A stretch of DNA of 63,906 nt, filler included, from Sphacelaria rigidula (Eukaryota): NCBI GenBank assembly GCA_964200075.2. It is 11 parts of 11 records of this genome, joined end to end, with 100 filler letters (N's around TTAATTAATTAA, not from the genome) between each part and the next. Parts side by side here need not be neighbours in the genome. Positions count along the whole stretch, not along the records: positions 23,277 to 28,995 come from CAXNAA020025000.1; positions 29,096 to 34,814 come from CAXNAA020025001.1; positions 34,915 to 40,633 come from CAXNAA020025002.1; 8 more parts are not named here. One strand, given 5' to 3'. A program made the translations under genes and the position numbers. Below are positions 25,279-38,330 of this stretch, in pieces. Position 1 is the stretch's first letter. Every line of letters begins with the position of its first letter. The notes below the pieces were generated by a model, which saw only the letters and a program-made list of their open reading frames with translations, ran no database searches and had not been told where the DNA came from.

Positions 25279-25499
25279 TGTGACGAATCAAAGCCGTTAC
25301 GTTGAGTTGGTAGTGATGATCTGGATAATGACCGGGGACACTAGGTTGATACCCTGGCTTGTCGAGGAGGCTGTGCCTACGAGGGCATTCCCGAATATTG
25401 AGAATGTTGTAAAGGCTGACAACTGAAACTGAGGCCAGCAAGACTGGGAAGCCCCTGAACAGCAGTGATCCAACAGTGCTTCCACTGGCTGGCGTCACA
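25279..25499 (+). mobile_element. 3' LTR (221 bp) of the gypsy element
   Basis: TGTGACG...CGTCACA inverted termini, preceded by a short G tract, downstream of the integrase. Confidence 0.8.
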
Positions 25500-25795
25500 A
25501 ACCCCCATTAACTGGCAGATGTAATTTGTACATCGGCAGAATCTGTTCGACGTATATCGTCATTTTGCTCGCCAATTCAGCATCCTGAAATTGAGCGAAA
25601 AAAATACTCATTTGCGAGCAGCCTCTGCTGTTCGAGTCTCACAGGGTATGGTGGGAGGGCAAGTAGAAACCATCAGAAAACACTCGGGACGCACGAGCTA
25701 CGGCAGCGATTCGAGATGCTGCTACTTGCTGATAGGCGCGACGTCCCGTACCCCACACACCTCGAGCTTACTCCACACCCCACTATTATCGCTTA

Positions 25796-26226
25796 AACAC
25801 GGGATCTTACAATTTGGGGATGGATCATTTATTGGGTGTGAGAAACCCGGAGGATTAAAATCTTCGTATCAGCACCAAATATTCGAAATATGGTTCCACT
25901 TAGTTATTGACAACTGCTACACGCCATATAGATTGGGATTTTGATCACCGAAATGTTGGGGTCCTAGGTGAAAACCCAATTTTGTGGACTTCCGGGTGTC
26001 CGAGCGGACGCCGAAATGGTTCCGACATTGTTTTTTTCACCTAGGACCCCAACATTTCGGTGGTCGAAATCCAAACTTCTATGACGTGTAGCAGTCGTCA
26101 ATAGCTATCAGTAGGTGAAGTAATGGAGCCATATTTCGGATATTTGTTCCGGATACGATGATTTTAATTCTCCGGGTTTCTCATCCCCAATAAATGATCC
26201 ATCCCCAATGTGTAAGATCCCGTGTT
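25796..26226. mobile_element. Long-TIR foldback MITE
   Basis: AACACGGGATCTTACAATTTGGGGATGGATC...GATCCATCCCCAATGTGTAAGATCCCGTGTT, with arms of ~180 bp. Second copy at 51188-51631. Confidence 0.9.
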
Positions 26227-26539
26227 TTTAGCCGTGCTTGCGCTTGCCCTTGTATCTTGACTACTTCCTACACACTGAGACTCTGAACTGAATCACGCAC
26301 ACAGTCACAGCACATATGTTCCGAAATGGCTTCAAGATATGTTCTGAAATGGCTTAAGAAATACTTCAACCGCAATCCAGATCCGGAAAAGTTGTATCCG
26401 TTTCTGCACAAAAGTTCGAGTCGTTTTAGGACAAAATCGAACCCCTTTCGGGCTAATGCCGAGATAGCCCCCCCACAAAAAGTGCACGGAGGATCGTCCG
26501 ACAAACCGGCTGCGATCCCACTATTGGGCTCATTTGCAG

Positions 26540-27515
26540 CAATGCCGCCCACATGAAAGGCTTGTAGCAGTCCGGAATCAGCTATAACGCCCAAATAAGT
26601 CGCGTCGTGGAACACGAAAGCAGCTTTAACGGCATTTATGATCCTCGCCTCCGTGCACATTTTTGGCCGGTTTTGGGGGGGGGGCTATCTCGGCAGCAGT
26701 CCGTAGGTATCTTTTTTCACTCTGCATGTCAAGAAGGTCTTCACAAGTGTTTGATCTCTCGTGCACTCCCCCCAACTCGCGTGTGGTCAAGCGCCCGGTC
26801 GGGGTGGCGGACAATCGACGATGAATAACACCCCCTAAGTTCATATTGGATCTATCTGGTTTTGCAGCAGCACCGTCCTTGCGGGCATGTGTGTGACAGA
26901 GAACAGTAGTAGCGGTGACGGAAATATTGCCCTGTTTTTCAGGGACATGTTCTTCAGCGCACAGAGGCGCGTGTTGTCCAAAAAGAGAGCCAGAGAGAAA
27001 CTGATCTTCGCATCGATGATGAGGTAGGTGCTCAGGCAAGACGAAGAGACGACGGGATTTCTCCGCACGTCGATGCTCTGGCATATGGAAAATTTGGCAC
27101 ATGCTGGTAAGATCAAGGATGCCAGTCTCTCGAGAGTTTGGTAATCACCGCGCGGGGACACACAAAGGGCACGGGCGAGGAGCTTCCTCACTGTCATTGC
27201 TTCTCTCTCCGGTGACATCGTCATCGACACGCGTGTACACCGCATTTCGTTGGGTGCACCTAGACAGAGTTGCTTAACCCTTGGACCGCGGTGTCCGTAG
27301 TCCATCTGGACCACGCGTGTACTTTTTCCAAGTGAATATTGATGTCGATTCAGCAGGTGACCTACTCTCGCGGTCTGACGGTCAAGTCCTGCTGCGGAGT
27401 ATAGGGGGGGAAGATGCTTTCGCTCTGTGTTACTCTTTCGTATCTTCCCTGCAAGAGAAAAATGCGACTTCAGCCCCATTTTAGTGTTGAACCCCGAAAA
27501 TTAAAATCGGCTGTA
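26540..27515 (-). repeat. Longest copy of dispersed coding repeat family X (unidentified protein)
   Basis: 212-aa ORF at 26841-27479 and a downstream segment AVKAAFVFHDATYLGVIADSGLL. Homologous to 35380-36062, 45795-46220 and 11352-11538. Confidence 0.7.
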
Positions 27516-29160
27516 TAGTGTGCACAGCCGTAAAGAACTAAGCAGCAGCGCCTGCCGACATGCAACCAAACTGCATGTCGTGACAACTTGCGGCGAGAAT
27601 AAACAAAATGCGCACCGATTCTTTTGAAATTTGCGATGTTGGACCTCTGTGATCATCGCGCTAGACACTAGTCCTCAACCCAAAAGTGCCGATGGCGCAA
27701 CGCGTAGAACTCGGTGACGAAGCAGAGGATTGGACTGCCGTTTCTTGCGTGCGCTTCCCACACCCCAAGCTAGGCCAACCTACTTCACTTTTTCGTTTGA
27801 GCGTGAAACTGAGCCGCAACAAACCCAAACGTACAAAAATGAGGTGTTTCGCGCTCTGGGAGGGGGTTTTCCCGCTGCTGGCGCGACGCCGGGAAAATGT
27901 GAAATAGCTTCTCCTAGATCTTGTGTGTATGCGGGGGGGTGTGAAGTGCCGTAGGCTGGCTTGCTTCCTGTGTCGAGAACCGCGCGATCTCCCGTGCTAG
28001 AGCTGTCCCATAGTAAATCAAGTTTATAAGTGATGGAGCGTGCGTTCTGCTCGAGAGGGCCTCGGCACAGGTGCGACGACCTACTGACGTGTTCATTACT
28101 CCTGCGCACTTATGTTTTTTTAGTTTGCCGCTGATTTTTGGTCGTTAGGCCCTCCAGTCCCAACCTTAACAGTGAAATTCGTGAAACGGGACATGATCTA
28201 GTGTTGTTCCTTCTCAACGTTATGGAGGCATTGTACTGAAATTTTAATTCATCATCCGCGGCGTCAATCGAAGACGGTTATACTCTAAGGCCTAAAATAT
28301 GCTGAGACTAAAGAGGGCGGACGTCCTTGGAAGCGAGGTCTCCACACCAGCACGGATACCTGGCGCTACAGACCAGCTTTCGCGCGTTTGACAGCCGGAT
28401 GGGAAAGGATGCCTATCACTACGAATGCAGAAAGCGTTTATTGCACGATATGTGTTAGAGTATTTGTAAGTTGACACTGTGTGTTCCCAGTGCCAGTACA
28501 ACGAGTACTGTAGAACTGACTGTATGATGCGAGCCACGGCTCGACAGGGCTAGAATACCCGCGATCCATTCGTGTAAAAAAAAACAAATTGCAACTCGCG
28601 CTCTGTTCTACTATGTAACCACGCGCCTACCAGAGAACGGTCAATATCTTCACGTGGGAGCACACTACGGAAGAATATCTGATTGATTCTGATAAAAGAA
28701 AACTACAGCAACTGCCCTTGTCATTTTCAGACCGTCGTGGTAACGCCCAAGCTAGGTCTGGCACTGTGAGGGAGGAGATGTTGCCCCCTGACCAAGCAGG
28801 TCCGCAGTGGCCCTTGACAGAAGACACTCATCTCCTTGGCTGCGTTGTGGGGCCGCGTCTTGCTCGGCACGGCGTATAAAACTCGTGGGTACCTGCCTCT
28901 AACATATGGAGAACCTAAACTAGCGTTTTTTTTCCGGCCTTGGTGCTAGTCTCGACCAACAGGGGGGCAATGTAAACAACAAGGATGGCAAGATCNNNNN
29001 NNNNNNNNNNNNNNNNNNNNNNNNNNNNNNNNNNNNNNNTTAATTAATTAANNNNNNNNNNNNNNNNNNNNNNNNNNNNNNNNNNNNNNNNNNNNCGGTA
29101 GCGTCGCCGGGCGTGCCGGCGGGGGGCGCTGGGGGGGGGGCGGGGGGGGGGGGGCGGGGG

Positions 29161-29349
29161 GGGTCCTCATGATCTTGGGTGCCGTTCTCATCATCTTGCA
29201 TGCCGTAGTCGTAAGACCATTGACCTCGCATCCTTGCAAAGCCGGGACGGAGCACGCCCGATTGTCGCCGGACCAGGCGGGGGGGGGGCATACTCATCTG
29301 TTGTTTGTCTTAGTTGTTTGATCATTGACCACGCATCCCTTTCGAAACA
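29161..29349 (-). mobile_element. Tandem C-tailed elements: family A (29281-29349) and family B (29161-29278)
   Basis: Both bodies lie on the minus strand, each ending in a C run (G run on plus). Confidence 0.7.
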
Positions 29350-30584
29350 GGGGGGGCGGGGGGGTGACATGGGGACAGCCGCCTGCGCAGAACAGCCGAA
29401 AAGCTCACCACGTCAACCATGTGTGTTTAGAAGTTTCCCACGGAAAATCGTAAGCCAGGAGCGAGGCCCGGGAAGAGCAAAGTGATCATTCTGAGCAATC
29501 ACGGTTATCAAATTGGTATTTTTGTTCCCCTGCAGGTGGGTTACAAATAGACTACTTCGCTGTCTAGTAGTATTTCTCATGTTGGTACCGATAATTCAAC
29601 CACAGATATCACGGGCATGATCAACGTGATTTTCATTCTGCTCGTGTTCTTTGCCGCCTGCCTGACCCCTCATGTATTGCCAGCGTAGCTTCACACTGCC
29701 TGTAGTGTTGTTGTGTAACACTAAGCAGAGGCATCAGCGGCATCAAGTAGACTGTGCTCAGTGGAGAGCGATGGCACACCAACTGTTTCTTGCCGTTGTA
29801 TCCAGCGAAGGCATATAGCACACACACACTGACTCTGCACGCATTTGACTGCCGGGTCAGAACCGGTCAGGGGTTCTCCGGGACCATTTCTACGTAGATG
29901 CCCCACATCAACATCAACATGTTTTTGACAAAAGGGCGTTTTGTGTATCGAGGAAACAGCTGTTCTGAACCCAAAGTGTAGCACAGTCCATCTGAGTTCG
30001 TCTGAGTAGGGTTCGCCGTCCAAGGGTCAAGTAGTTATGCAGCAACCATTTGACCAACAACAGCAACAACAAAACCAACAACCTACACCAACCAAGTCAA
30101 CACCTGAACCGGTTTACCGGAATTTCCTTCCCCAAGCCCATGATTTTGACACATACTCGTCCATATCAAAACCCAACCCTATGCTCAAGCCTGTGAAGCA
30201 AAGGCCAAGCCTAAGCATATCGAGAACCCTCTGGTATGGCGCGTGCAGCTGCAGCGCACACTGTGGAGCACGTGGGGAACCGTCAGGCCTAACGAAGATC
30301 CGAATCTCTGTGGTTCGTAACACTGAAATCGAGAGCATTTCCCTCAGCCACGGGTGTTTGGGCTCGCTTCAACTACTATATTGAACACATCGACGACGGA
30401 TCCCACACGGTTGGTTGCCTTTGCACGGGTGCTGATGTTCTCAAAAAGCGCGAGCTGTACCGTACCAGTATACATTTTTGCTTCGGGGTGGGGGGGGGGG
30501 GGAGACTACTCATCATATGGGTAAGTAAGATGACCTCTAACCTCGGGAAAAAAAGCGGCGGCATTCACCCAAGTCTGAACACAG

Positions 30585-31430
30585 TACACTTCACAAACCC
30601 CCTCAGCTCCACGTCACCCTGCGACGTTCTTGATTTCCGAGAGCTTGATGAGATAGTGCAATGTTTTCCCATCATCGTTTACTTTCGACGAGGGCGAGCT
30701 TCGACCATCGACCCAAGCTGTCAGCGCCTCAAAGTGTGCGCGTAATAGGCAACATTCTGATGGTGGCTCTGACGCAGTAGAGCTGAGGATTTGTATGTAA
30801 ACAATGGTTGGTACTCGATTTTACTTGATTTTAGACTGAACAAAGTTCTGAGAAAATGCATGGTCTGGGGCAGGTGAGCAGTGGACCCAGCTCGTCCAGA
30901 ACGTGTTTTGGTCCAAAATCGGCTGAAAGGCGTCGATTTGAGCTCTGGCAACGCACATTTTCACACGTCGGACAGATCATGATCTGTCTGAAAATTACTT
31001 CTTCTCAGTATACTGATCCGGATCATGATCCGTATCATCTGACCCTACTTTTCCATGTTTACTCCTTACGGTGCCGGACGCTGAGCATGCCGAGTAGTGC
31101 AAAGGTTGCGCTTTGGCTCTACTGACTCCGCTGTCACATATTTTGTGTTTTTGGACCAACGGACTCGAGAGTCTTCTTTCATTAGTTGTTTCAGACAGAT
31201 CATGATCTGTCTGACGTATGCACACTTTGCCCAGGGAACACTTTGCACCCCCTTGCCCGAGGGTTCTCGGTATACCTTGGTCGGGGTTAGGGTTAAGGTT
31301 AGGGTTGGCGGCATCTCCATAATACCAACCATTGTTTCGCCTCCTCTGACGAGGCTCTGACACTTGGATTTTGAAAAACGGAAATTTGATTATTTGCACG
31401 CATACTCGATGAACACCGGAGACACCAGAC
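30585..31430 (+). repeat. Dispersed repeat (uninterrupted copy at ~60930-61200) with a nested TIR insertion at ~30774-31352
   Basis: GGCTCTGAC is duplicated at 30765-30773 and 31353-31361. The insert has an AAACAATGGTTGGTA / TACCAACCATTGTTT inverted repeat and TTAGGG-like units near 31285-31305. Confidence 0.65.
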
Positions 31431-32959
31431 TTCAAAAAGAGGGTCACTGGTGGAGATGCTAATCGGGGACAAAATATAATAGGAATTTCTTGCAAAGAGT
31501 GTCATGGATTTTCCTCACGGAAAATCGCACAAGTCAATGAGATGGGAATGATCCGCCCAGTCGATCGGCGAAGAAGCGAATGGGCCGCCCGGTCGGTTGG
31601 GAAAAGAAGCGCAGAAGGCCATCTGCACTCATGACACCCACACGTCCTTGCTGCATTGCATCGCTCGTGCGGTCGGTTCATCGTTCATTTTCACGTCAAA
31701 ACTGTGACAGTGCAACACAGATGACCCGCTCTGGGGGTGCCAGTCTGCAAAAGGTCGAGACAAAGTCGATCGAAAACGCGCAGTAAAGTACAGCAGTGCA
31801 ATGCTTGACATTACAGCACAGTGTTGTCTTCTTCCTCTCACCCGTTGCGTTCGTTCCGTTTGTCTATGGGTATGACCAGGGATCAGACGACACGAAACTC
31901 TCCGACACCGCCATCCCTTCCTGCCTTCAGTTGCAAAAAACGTGCTTGGGCTGCGGTGGGAATTCATCTCCGAAGCAAATAGTTCTCCCATAAAAGCACA
32001 ACTGACCCATCATGCGGTGGCTGTTGTCTGTGTAAATAGACGAAGCCGAAGTGCACCGTACAACAAAGTACTATCAGTACAGTACAGCGCAGTACAGTAC
32101 AATGTTATCTTCTCTGTGAACCCCGCCGCATTCCTCCCTTCTTCTGTGCGTATCGTGGGGTATGGGATTACTCCTTTGGAGATCGTCACTAGAGATGGTC
32201 GCCTCTTTCTATAAATAACCGGCTCTAAAGTTGAACTCTCTGAACCCCGTTTAGGTCATCCAGAATGTCAGTGAACGTCCCATCCAGTGCACGATGGACG
32301 CGCATCAGTAGATATCAACACGTGAACAGTGTGGTCCAAGTCTGACGCCACCAAGGCGCTCCGATAAATTGTCGCCTTGACGGAATTACCACCCCACGTG
32401 TTTGCGTTGCATTCTAAAAGAATTAGAAGCGCTACATGTTGCGCGCCAGGCGAGTTAGAGTGAGGGGGGATGCGCCAGGAAGAAGATTTCTACCTTACGT
32501 TCGTAACCAAGGCATGGATGAACACTGGGTTTCCGAAACCTTCGTGCAACCTCGACATGCCGTAAGACAACAGAGCCAAGGAACTCAATGGGGAAGTAGA
32601 TTATGTGTGCTTCAATGGTATATTCGGAGAGCGTTCAATCGTCGTCATAGTGCGGGAAAAAGACTTTCGTTATCAGCCTTCCTTTCAAACGGAGCGCAGG
32701 CAAGCCCACGTGGCCGGCTTGGTGCTGCATGCTCTTGCAAATTCCGCTGCGTTTCCATACGTTTTCTGTGTCACGTTAGTATCGGTGTCAAGTCTCGGGC
32801 CACCGAGGGGAGGCGCTCCGACAAATTGTAGCCTTCGCGGGATTACCACCCCACGACTTTGGGTTGCATTCTCTTAGAATTGGGGGAGCCGCATGTTTGC
32901 GGCAGGCCGTGCATCGCCCAACGTATTGCAGAGTCAAGGGGGATGCGCTAGGAAGCAGA

Positions 32960-33310
32960 GTTTCCTTCAGGCTGGAGTTTTGTTCAGACCATATATGGCT
33001 GTATACATGCAACACAGTCACGTTGAGGCGGTAACCCGATCAGCTTTCCTTACAGCGTAGGCGTCCGATCAGTGAGAGCGTAAGCAAAAACAAAAAAAAT
33101 GCAGCTTACCGCGCGGCGCTTTCTTCTCAGGCCTTTCTTCGTTTCTTGGCTTCTATTTCTAGGAGTTCGATGAACGTTGAAGTCGCAGTTTTTTCTTTTC
33201 TTTGTCTCTTTCTCCATGAATTCAACAGCTGCCGCGGTTCGGTAAATTTTGGAGCTAAATTTTATTGTCTCTGTCTGCCCTGGCCGTCTATTTTAGCGTC
33301 ACAGTCTTCC
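32960..33310 (+). repeat. Dispersed repeat shared with ~61525-61760 and ~62045-62125
   Basis: TTTCCTTCAGGCTGGAGTTTT...TTTCCTTACAGCGTAGG...CAGCTTACCGCGCGGCGCTTTCTT in both. Confidence 0.7.
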
Positions 33311-33675
33311 GTTTGAAAGGGAAACAAAAATGCGCGCCAAACGGGTCAAACATTACGCCCTTGCCGTATCTTCCATCTCTTACTCATCACGTATAACATA
33401 GTTCCATAACCGATACAAATATACAACCTTTGGCTCAACCTCTTGGTAGTAGGCATTGCCTGTACCACCTCCCAATTTAAATGACTTCCTTTCCACGCCT
33501 ATCATGGAGGACGGGGCCGCCGATAGGCGGCCCCGTCCGATCCTTGTAGATATTAAAATAAAAATTCCTTTTTTCGAACTTTTTTTTTAATCTCATCATC
33601 TGTCCCGGGGTTTTCAGTTTTTACACCCGCCGGTGGCAGCAGCGAATTTCGGGGGTGGATTGGTGGGTTGGTGGA

Positions 33676-33770
33676 GGGGTACTCATGGTTCTGCATGCCG
33701 TAGTCATTGGACCGTTGACCGCATCCCTACAAGCCGGGACGGAGCACGCCGGGCTTATGCGGGACCAGGC
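33676..33770 (-). mobile_element. C-tailed element family B
   Basis: Minus strand GCCTGGTCC...GCGTGCTCCGTCCCGGCTTGTAGGGATGCGGTCAACGGTCCAATGACTACGGCATGCAGAACCATGAGTACCCC. Confidence 0.7.
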
Positions 33771-34759
33771 TCGCAATCAATCACCGAGCGCGAAGCGCCG
33801 TGATGTGTTCAGCGAGTTGCATGGAGGATGACCTGTATCATATTATACTACCATTGTCCGGCCCGAAGTTTACCTAGTATTTTGCAACGGGGAGGGGGGG
33901 GGGGGGGGGGTCAGTTGTACTATGTCATGGCCCACAGTTTATTTTCTACTCCAAATTAGTCCGACAGAAACAGTACCAGCGATGGCACTGCACAGCCTGT
34001 CATCGCTTGGTTCGCGAATGCCATGGAATGTCACTTGTGCACATCCTCGACAAAAGATTATATTGCCAAAAAGGGTACTGCGCACAGCATAGAATATATC
34101 GCCTATTGCAATAGACGCAATAGTCGATACTGTACGCAGTATAATTTTTCATGATGTATTCTATCGTCCAGGGTGTGCACTTGTGTCTGGGGGTGCAGTC
34201 AGACCCTAAAATAGATGGAGAACAACGCAGCGGCAGAGTTTTCTTCACAGCCGAGAGAAGGAAACCATGCGGGAGGCAAAAGACCCAGCAAAAGCGACTC
34301 TTGGCAATGTGCGGAGAATCAAACGTGCACGGCAAAAGAGCCGGTTCTATTGCGTCTCCTCTCCTCGTCTGCCGCTTTCATGTTCAGAGCTATGATTCAA
34401 AAATTAAAATTCTGTCGATGTTGGCGCATTTGCGGCCGTACGAAAAATTTCCCGCCGAAGACAGAATAGTTAGCTCTTTGAATCCGCGGATTTCGCTTCA
34501 CAGCTGCCGAGCGAGATTCCGCTACTACTTCTTGTTTCTGTGCGCTTTCAGGCCCTCTCGGATTTCCCGGTATAGTCGTGGAGAAACATGAAACTATTTC
34601 AGGTGTATACCGGCTGCGCCGTCGGCAATGAAAAAGATATTTTGCCCTCTAGGCAAATCAGACGGCCCCAGTTGAGATTCATAATGTTACGAATGTACCT
34701 GAAGATGTCGAAAGAGGTGCTCAGGTATGTACATATACTCCCTCCCCCCCCTCCCCCCT

Positions 34760-34814
34760 TGCTCCGTCTCGAAAGGCATGCGTGGTCAATGGTCAAACGA
34801 CTAAGGCAAGCAAC
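34760..34814 (+). mobile_element. C-tailed element family A, cut by the contig end
   Basis: C-tract followed by TGCTCCGTCTCGAAAGGCATGCGTGGTCAATGGTCAAACGACTAAGGCAAGCAAC. Confidence 0.75.
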
Positions 34815-35379
34815 NNNNNNNNNNNNNNNNNNNNNNNNNNNNNNNNNNNNNNNNNNNNTTAATTAATTAANNNNNNNNNNNNNNNNNNNNNNNNNNNNNN
34901 NNNNNNNNNNNNNNTCCCTCGGGTTTTCAGAACCGTTTCAATTTTGTTAACTTAGATAAAGTAAATCAAACTCTAAAGCTTTCACAGATAGATGTTGCGA
35001 ATTCGATGTTGTTATCGTGACGATCTCTGAGCAGCCGGGAGGACGCGCGGTAGAGAAAGGAAAGGTAGCAATGATCCGGTTTGCCTGCCGTACTGCCGAC
35101 CGCGTCGCGTGAAAGCCACAAGACCCTTGCTATCGGCGGTTGATGGCGTAGGTCTCGAATTCAACGACATGCGGTTGATCGTAGAGCAATCTTGACTATC
35201 CTTCCAACTTGCAATAATAGCCCATGACCTCCTGACATCGGAAAAACTATTACTTATGGGAACCTACTCGTACTACTGTACCGAGCTGTTCAGCGTGTGC
35301 TGCAGGTTGCGGCATGGGCTGACGCCTATGCGCCACGCTAGCAACAGTCAGGCCACCACCATAGGTATCTTTTTTTTTC

Positions 35380-36062
35380 ACTCCGCATGTTCAAATAGGT
35401 TTTTTCAAGTGCTTGATCTTTCATACACCCCCCTCAACTGGCGTGTTACATGCCCTTCTACTCGGGCGCCCTTTCTAGACGTCGGCGAAAATCAACGATG
35501 AAATACACCCCCTAACTTCAAGTTGGATCTATCTGTTATTGCCGCAGCACCGTCCTTGCTGGCATGTGTGTGACAGAGAACAGTAGTAGCGGTGACGTGA
35601 AGATTGCCCTATTTTTCAACATGGTTTTCAGCGCACAGAGGCACGTCCTGTGCAATAGGAGAGGCAGAGAGAAATCGATCTTGGCGTTGGTGATAGGCAA
35701 GAAGAGACCACGGAATCTTTCCGCACGTCGATGCTCTGGCACATGAAACATTCGGCACATGCTGGTAAGATCAATGATGCCAGTCTCTCGAGAGTTCGGT
35801 AGTCGCCGAGCGGGGACACACAAAGGACACGGGCGAGGAGCTTCCTCTCTGTCGTTGCTTCTCTCTCTGGTGATACCGTCATCGACACGCGTGTACACCG
35901 CATTCGTTAGGTGCACCTAGCCACAGCTGCTCAACTGCTGCGGACATTTGGGGGGGGAGATGGCTTCGCTCGGTCGTAAGTGCTTCGCGTTATCCCTGCA
36001 AGAGAGAAATGCCACTTCAGCCCCGTTTTAGAGATCAACCCCAAACATTAGGATCCACTGTT
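35380..36062 (-). repeat. Copy of coding repeat family X
   Basis: RCTRVSMTVSPEREATTERKLLARVLCVSPLGDYRTLERLASLILPACA...KNRAIFTSPLLLFSVTHMPARTVL, with the same terminus as ~27490-27515. Confidence 0.75.
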
Positions 36063-36464
36063 ACATGGTTGATTTGCCTTGTGCCGAGTTAAAACGCCCC
36101 TCTGTACCTCGGCGAGCACCCCAGATATGAGTAGATGCGCAACGCAACGCAACCCCCCCTCCTTTCCCCCCGGGCGCCCTTTTGTGTGTTGCGGTACCCC
36201 ACCGCGCAGCATGGTTCTGAGGTGTGGGAAGCTGAAACAGCAGAGTCGTGGAGACTGTAGCTTTCCCCTGTGACAGCACACGCATGTATTACCGGGCGTC
36301 GCGTTGTTGACATTGGCACAAATGACGCGAGTCTGCCGTAGTTGATTTCCGCCATCCTGGGACAGCGCCGCCTGACCGATTTCCTTGTCATGGTGTTTTT
36401 TTGTTTTTCGTCAACGGTACTACAAGTCGAGCATCTTTTCAGGACTCGCCTGATAATTGACGAA

Positions 36465-36735
36465 TTGTGGTTCTAGCGACAAAATTTGCCTTCGGATGTA
36501 AGCCCACGAGTTTTGCGTGACCACCCCCTCAATGTTTGCTCACATCACTTCAGTCAGGTCTGATTGACCTCTTCCTGTATTTACAGATGACTCCTGTCGG
36601 GAGTCCTGTTGTTTTAGCGACAAAATTTGCCCTCGGATGGAAGCCCGCAAGTTTTGCGTGACCACCCCACGTTGTTTGACGTCACTTCAGTCCGGCACGA
36701 TTGAGCATTTCCTTGCAGTGTCAGATGGTCCCCGC
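36465..36735 (+). repeat. Tandem duplication of ~140 bp
   Basis: TAGCGACAAAATTTGCC.TCGGATG.AAGCCC..AGTTTTGCGTGACCACCCC occurs twice. Confidence 0.75.
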
Positions 36736-37849
36736 CCCTTGTCGAGGAAGGATAAATGGCCCCGTAACCGCGCAGGGTTTTCTAGCGCACCATGTCCCCC
36801 CTTATCAGTGCAAAGTGTTATCTTTTGCTGTACTGTGGAAATAATACTCGAGCTCGAACATTTTGCCTTGTAGAAGAGACCCCTTTGGACACAGCCCACG
36901 TGCCCGTTCCTTATGCCGCTGCCCTGGCTGCTTCGTAGCACCCCCCCGATCTGGTCAGATATCAAGTCGTACCCCCCCAACACCGGTTGTATCGTAAGCT
37001 TGACTTGAGTTGCTGCGACACACCGTCCGCATCCCTCGGCGATGCGACGAGCGATGAGCTCTTTTCGGCGGATTTCAGAACCCTAATCCGATCTGGTCAG
37101 ATATCAGATCGTAGCCCCCCCCCCCCCCTCCTCTTTGCTGCATTGTAGCCCCTCACAGGTTTTGGTATCGTGTTTCTTTATGCTGAGTGAGCCTTATTGG
37201 TGACTGCGTTTCTAGTACCCGTAGTCACATTTCTTGTCGCTGTCGCATCTCTGTCCGTGTCCCCTGAGTATCTAGTGTTATTTTATTTTTGTTTTTTTCT
37301 TCGAGGTTTCTTTTCGCGATGAGACGACTGTAGGTTTAGTCCAGCCTCCTAGATGTTTGGAATTTTGATGACTCTTTTTCTGGATGTGTTTGTTGTTGTC
37401 AGTACTCAACCCCCCGCCGCCAGCCAAGAGAGCTCGCCGCACGGGAGTATTCCCTTACATCGTCTTGTTGCACGGGTCCTTGGTTACACCGTGTACTGCT
37501 AATGATACCGCCCTTGTTGTAGACCGTATTGATGCCCGACGACTGTTTCAGGTTGAAGTGAGTTACTGCATCTCGACAAGTTATCTGGATGTGTTCGCTT
37601 GTTTGTTCTACCCCTATCCCGTGGTGCAGCCTGGTCAGCTGGCGACACGAGTGTGTCCTCTTGTGTCGTTCCGTTGCTCGTGGTCCAGTGTTCCCCCGGA
37701 AATGACCAATCATACCGCCCTTGCTGTAGGTCGTATCTCCGCTGGACGATTGCTTTGAGTTGGGTATTGCGTCGTGACGTTTATTATTATTATTTGACAT
37801 CAAGTTTTGCCCATAACACGCGATAGTTGATCCGCCGGGCTGAACGAAA

Positions 37850-38330
37850 AGTTCTCTACCAATGACCCTTGGCTTTTTTACCCTGAGTGTCGTCTTGGAT
37901 GAGCTCGTGCCCACTCCCCCAGGAGTTTGAATTTCGCACTCCGGGCACATCAAACCTTGACTTTGGCTGCATCCCCGCTTTATCTCCCTGTTGCTGCGTA
38001 GTTCCCCCCCCATCGCATTGAAATCCACACTGCACGCCTTTTTCAAGGCAGGTTTCATACTTCAAACGCCCTGCCACGGAAACGAGCGGGGTTCCAATCT
38101 CGCTATACGCGACGGACGTGTCGGGACGGAGTCGAACAAAGACGTGGAGCTCACTTGGATTTGCGTCCCACAAGAGCAGTTGCAGCGATGCTCTGCCGCA
38201 ACTGCGTTTTCCCTTCCCTCTTACCGGATTATCTGGCATTCCATCCTTGTTCCGTGCGTACCATTTGGTGCTTTACTTTGTAGATGGACTTGCGTGTGTG
38301 TTGTCTTGTTCAACATAGGTGCGTGAGTGT
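37850..38330 (-). pseudogene. Possible highly decayed non-LTR RT fragment
   Basis: LQLLLWDANPSELHVF..DT and EIKRGCSQSQG resemble the RT subdomain 3-4 region. Weak. Confidence 0.3.

Noticed and set aside
27210..27250. Plus-strand IVIDTRVHRI resembling the endonuclease III VDTHVHRI motif
   Set aside because: That frame has stops, one at the same position in two copies, whereas the opposite-strand frame stays open. No HhH motif is present.
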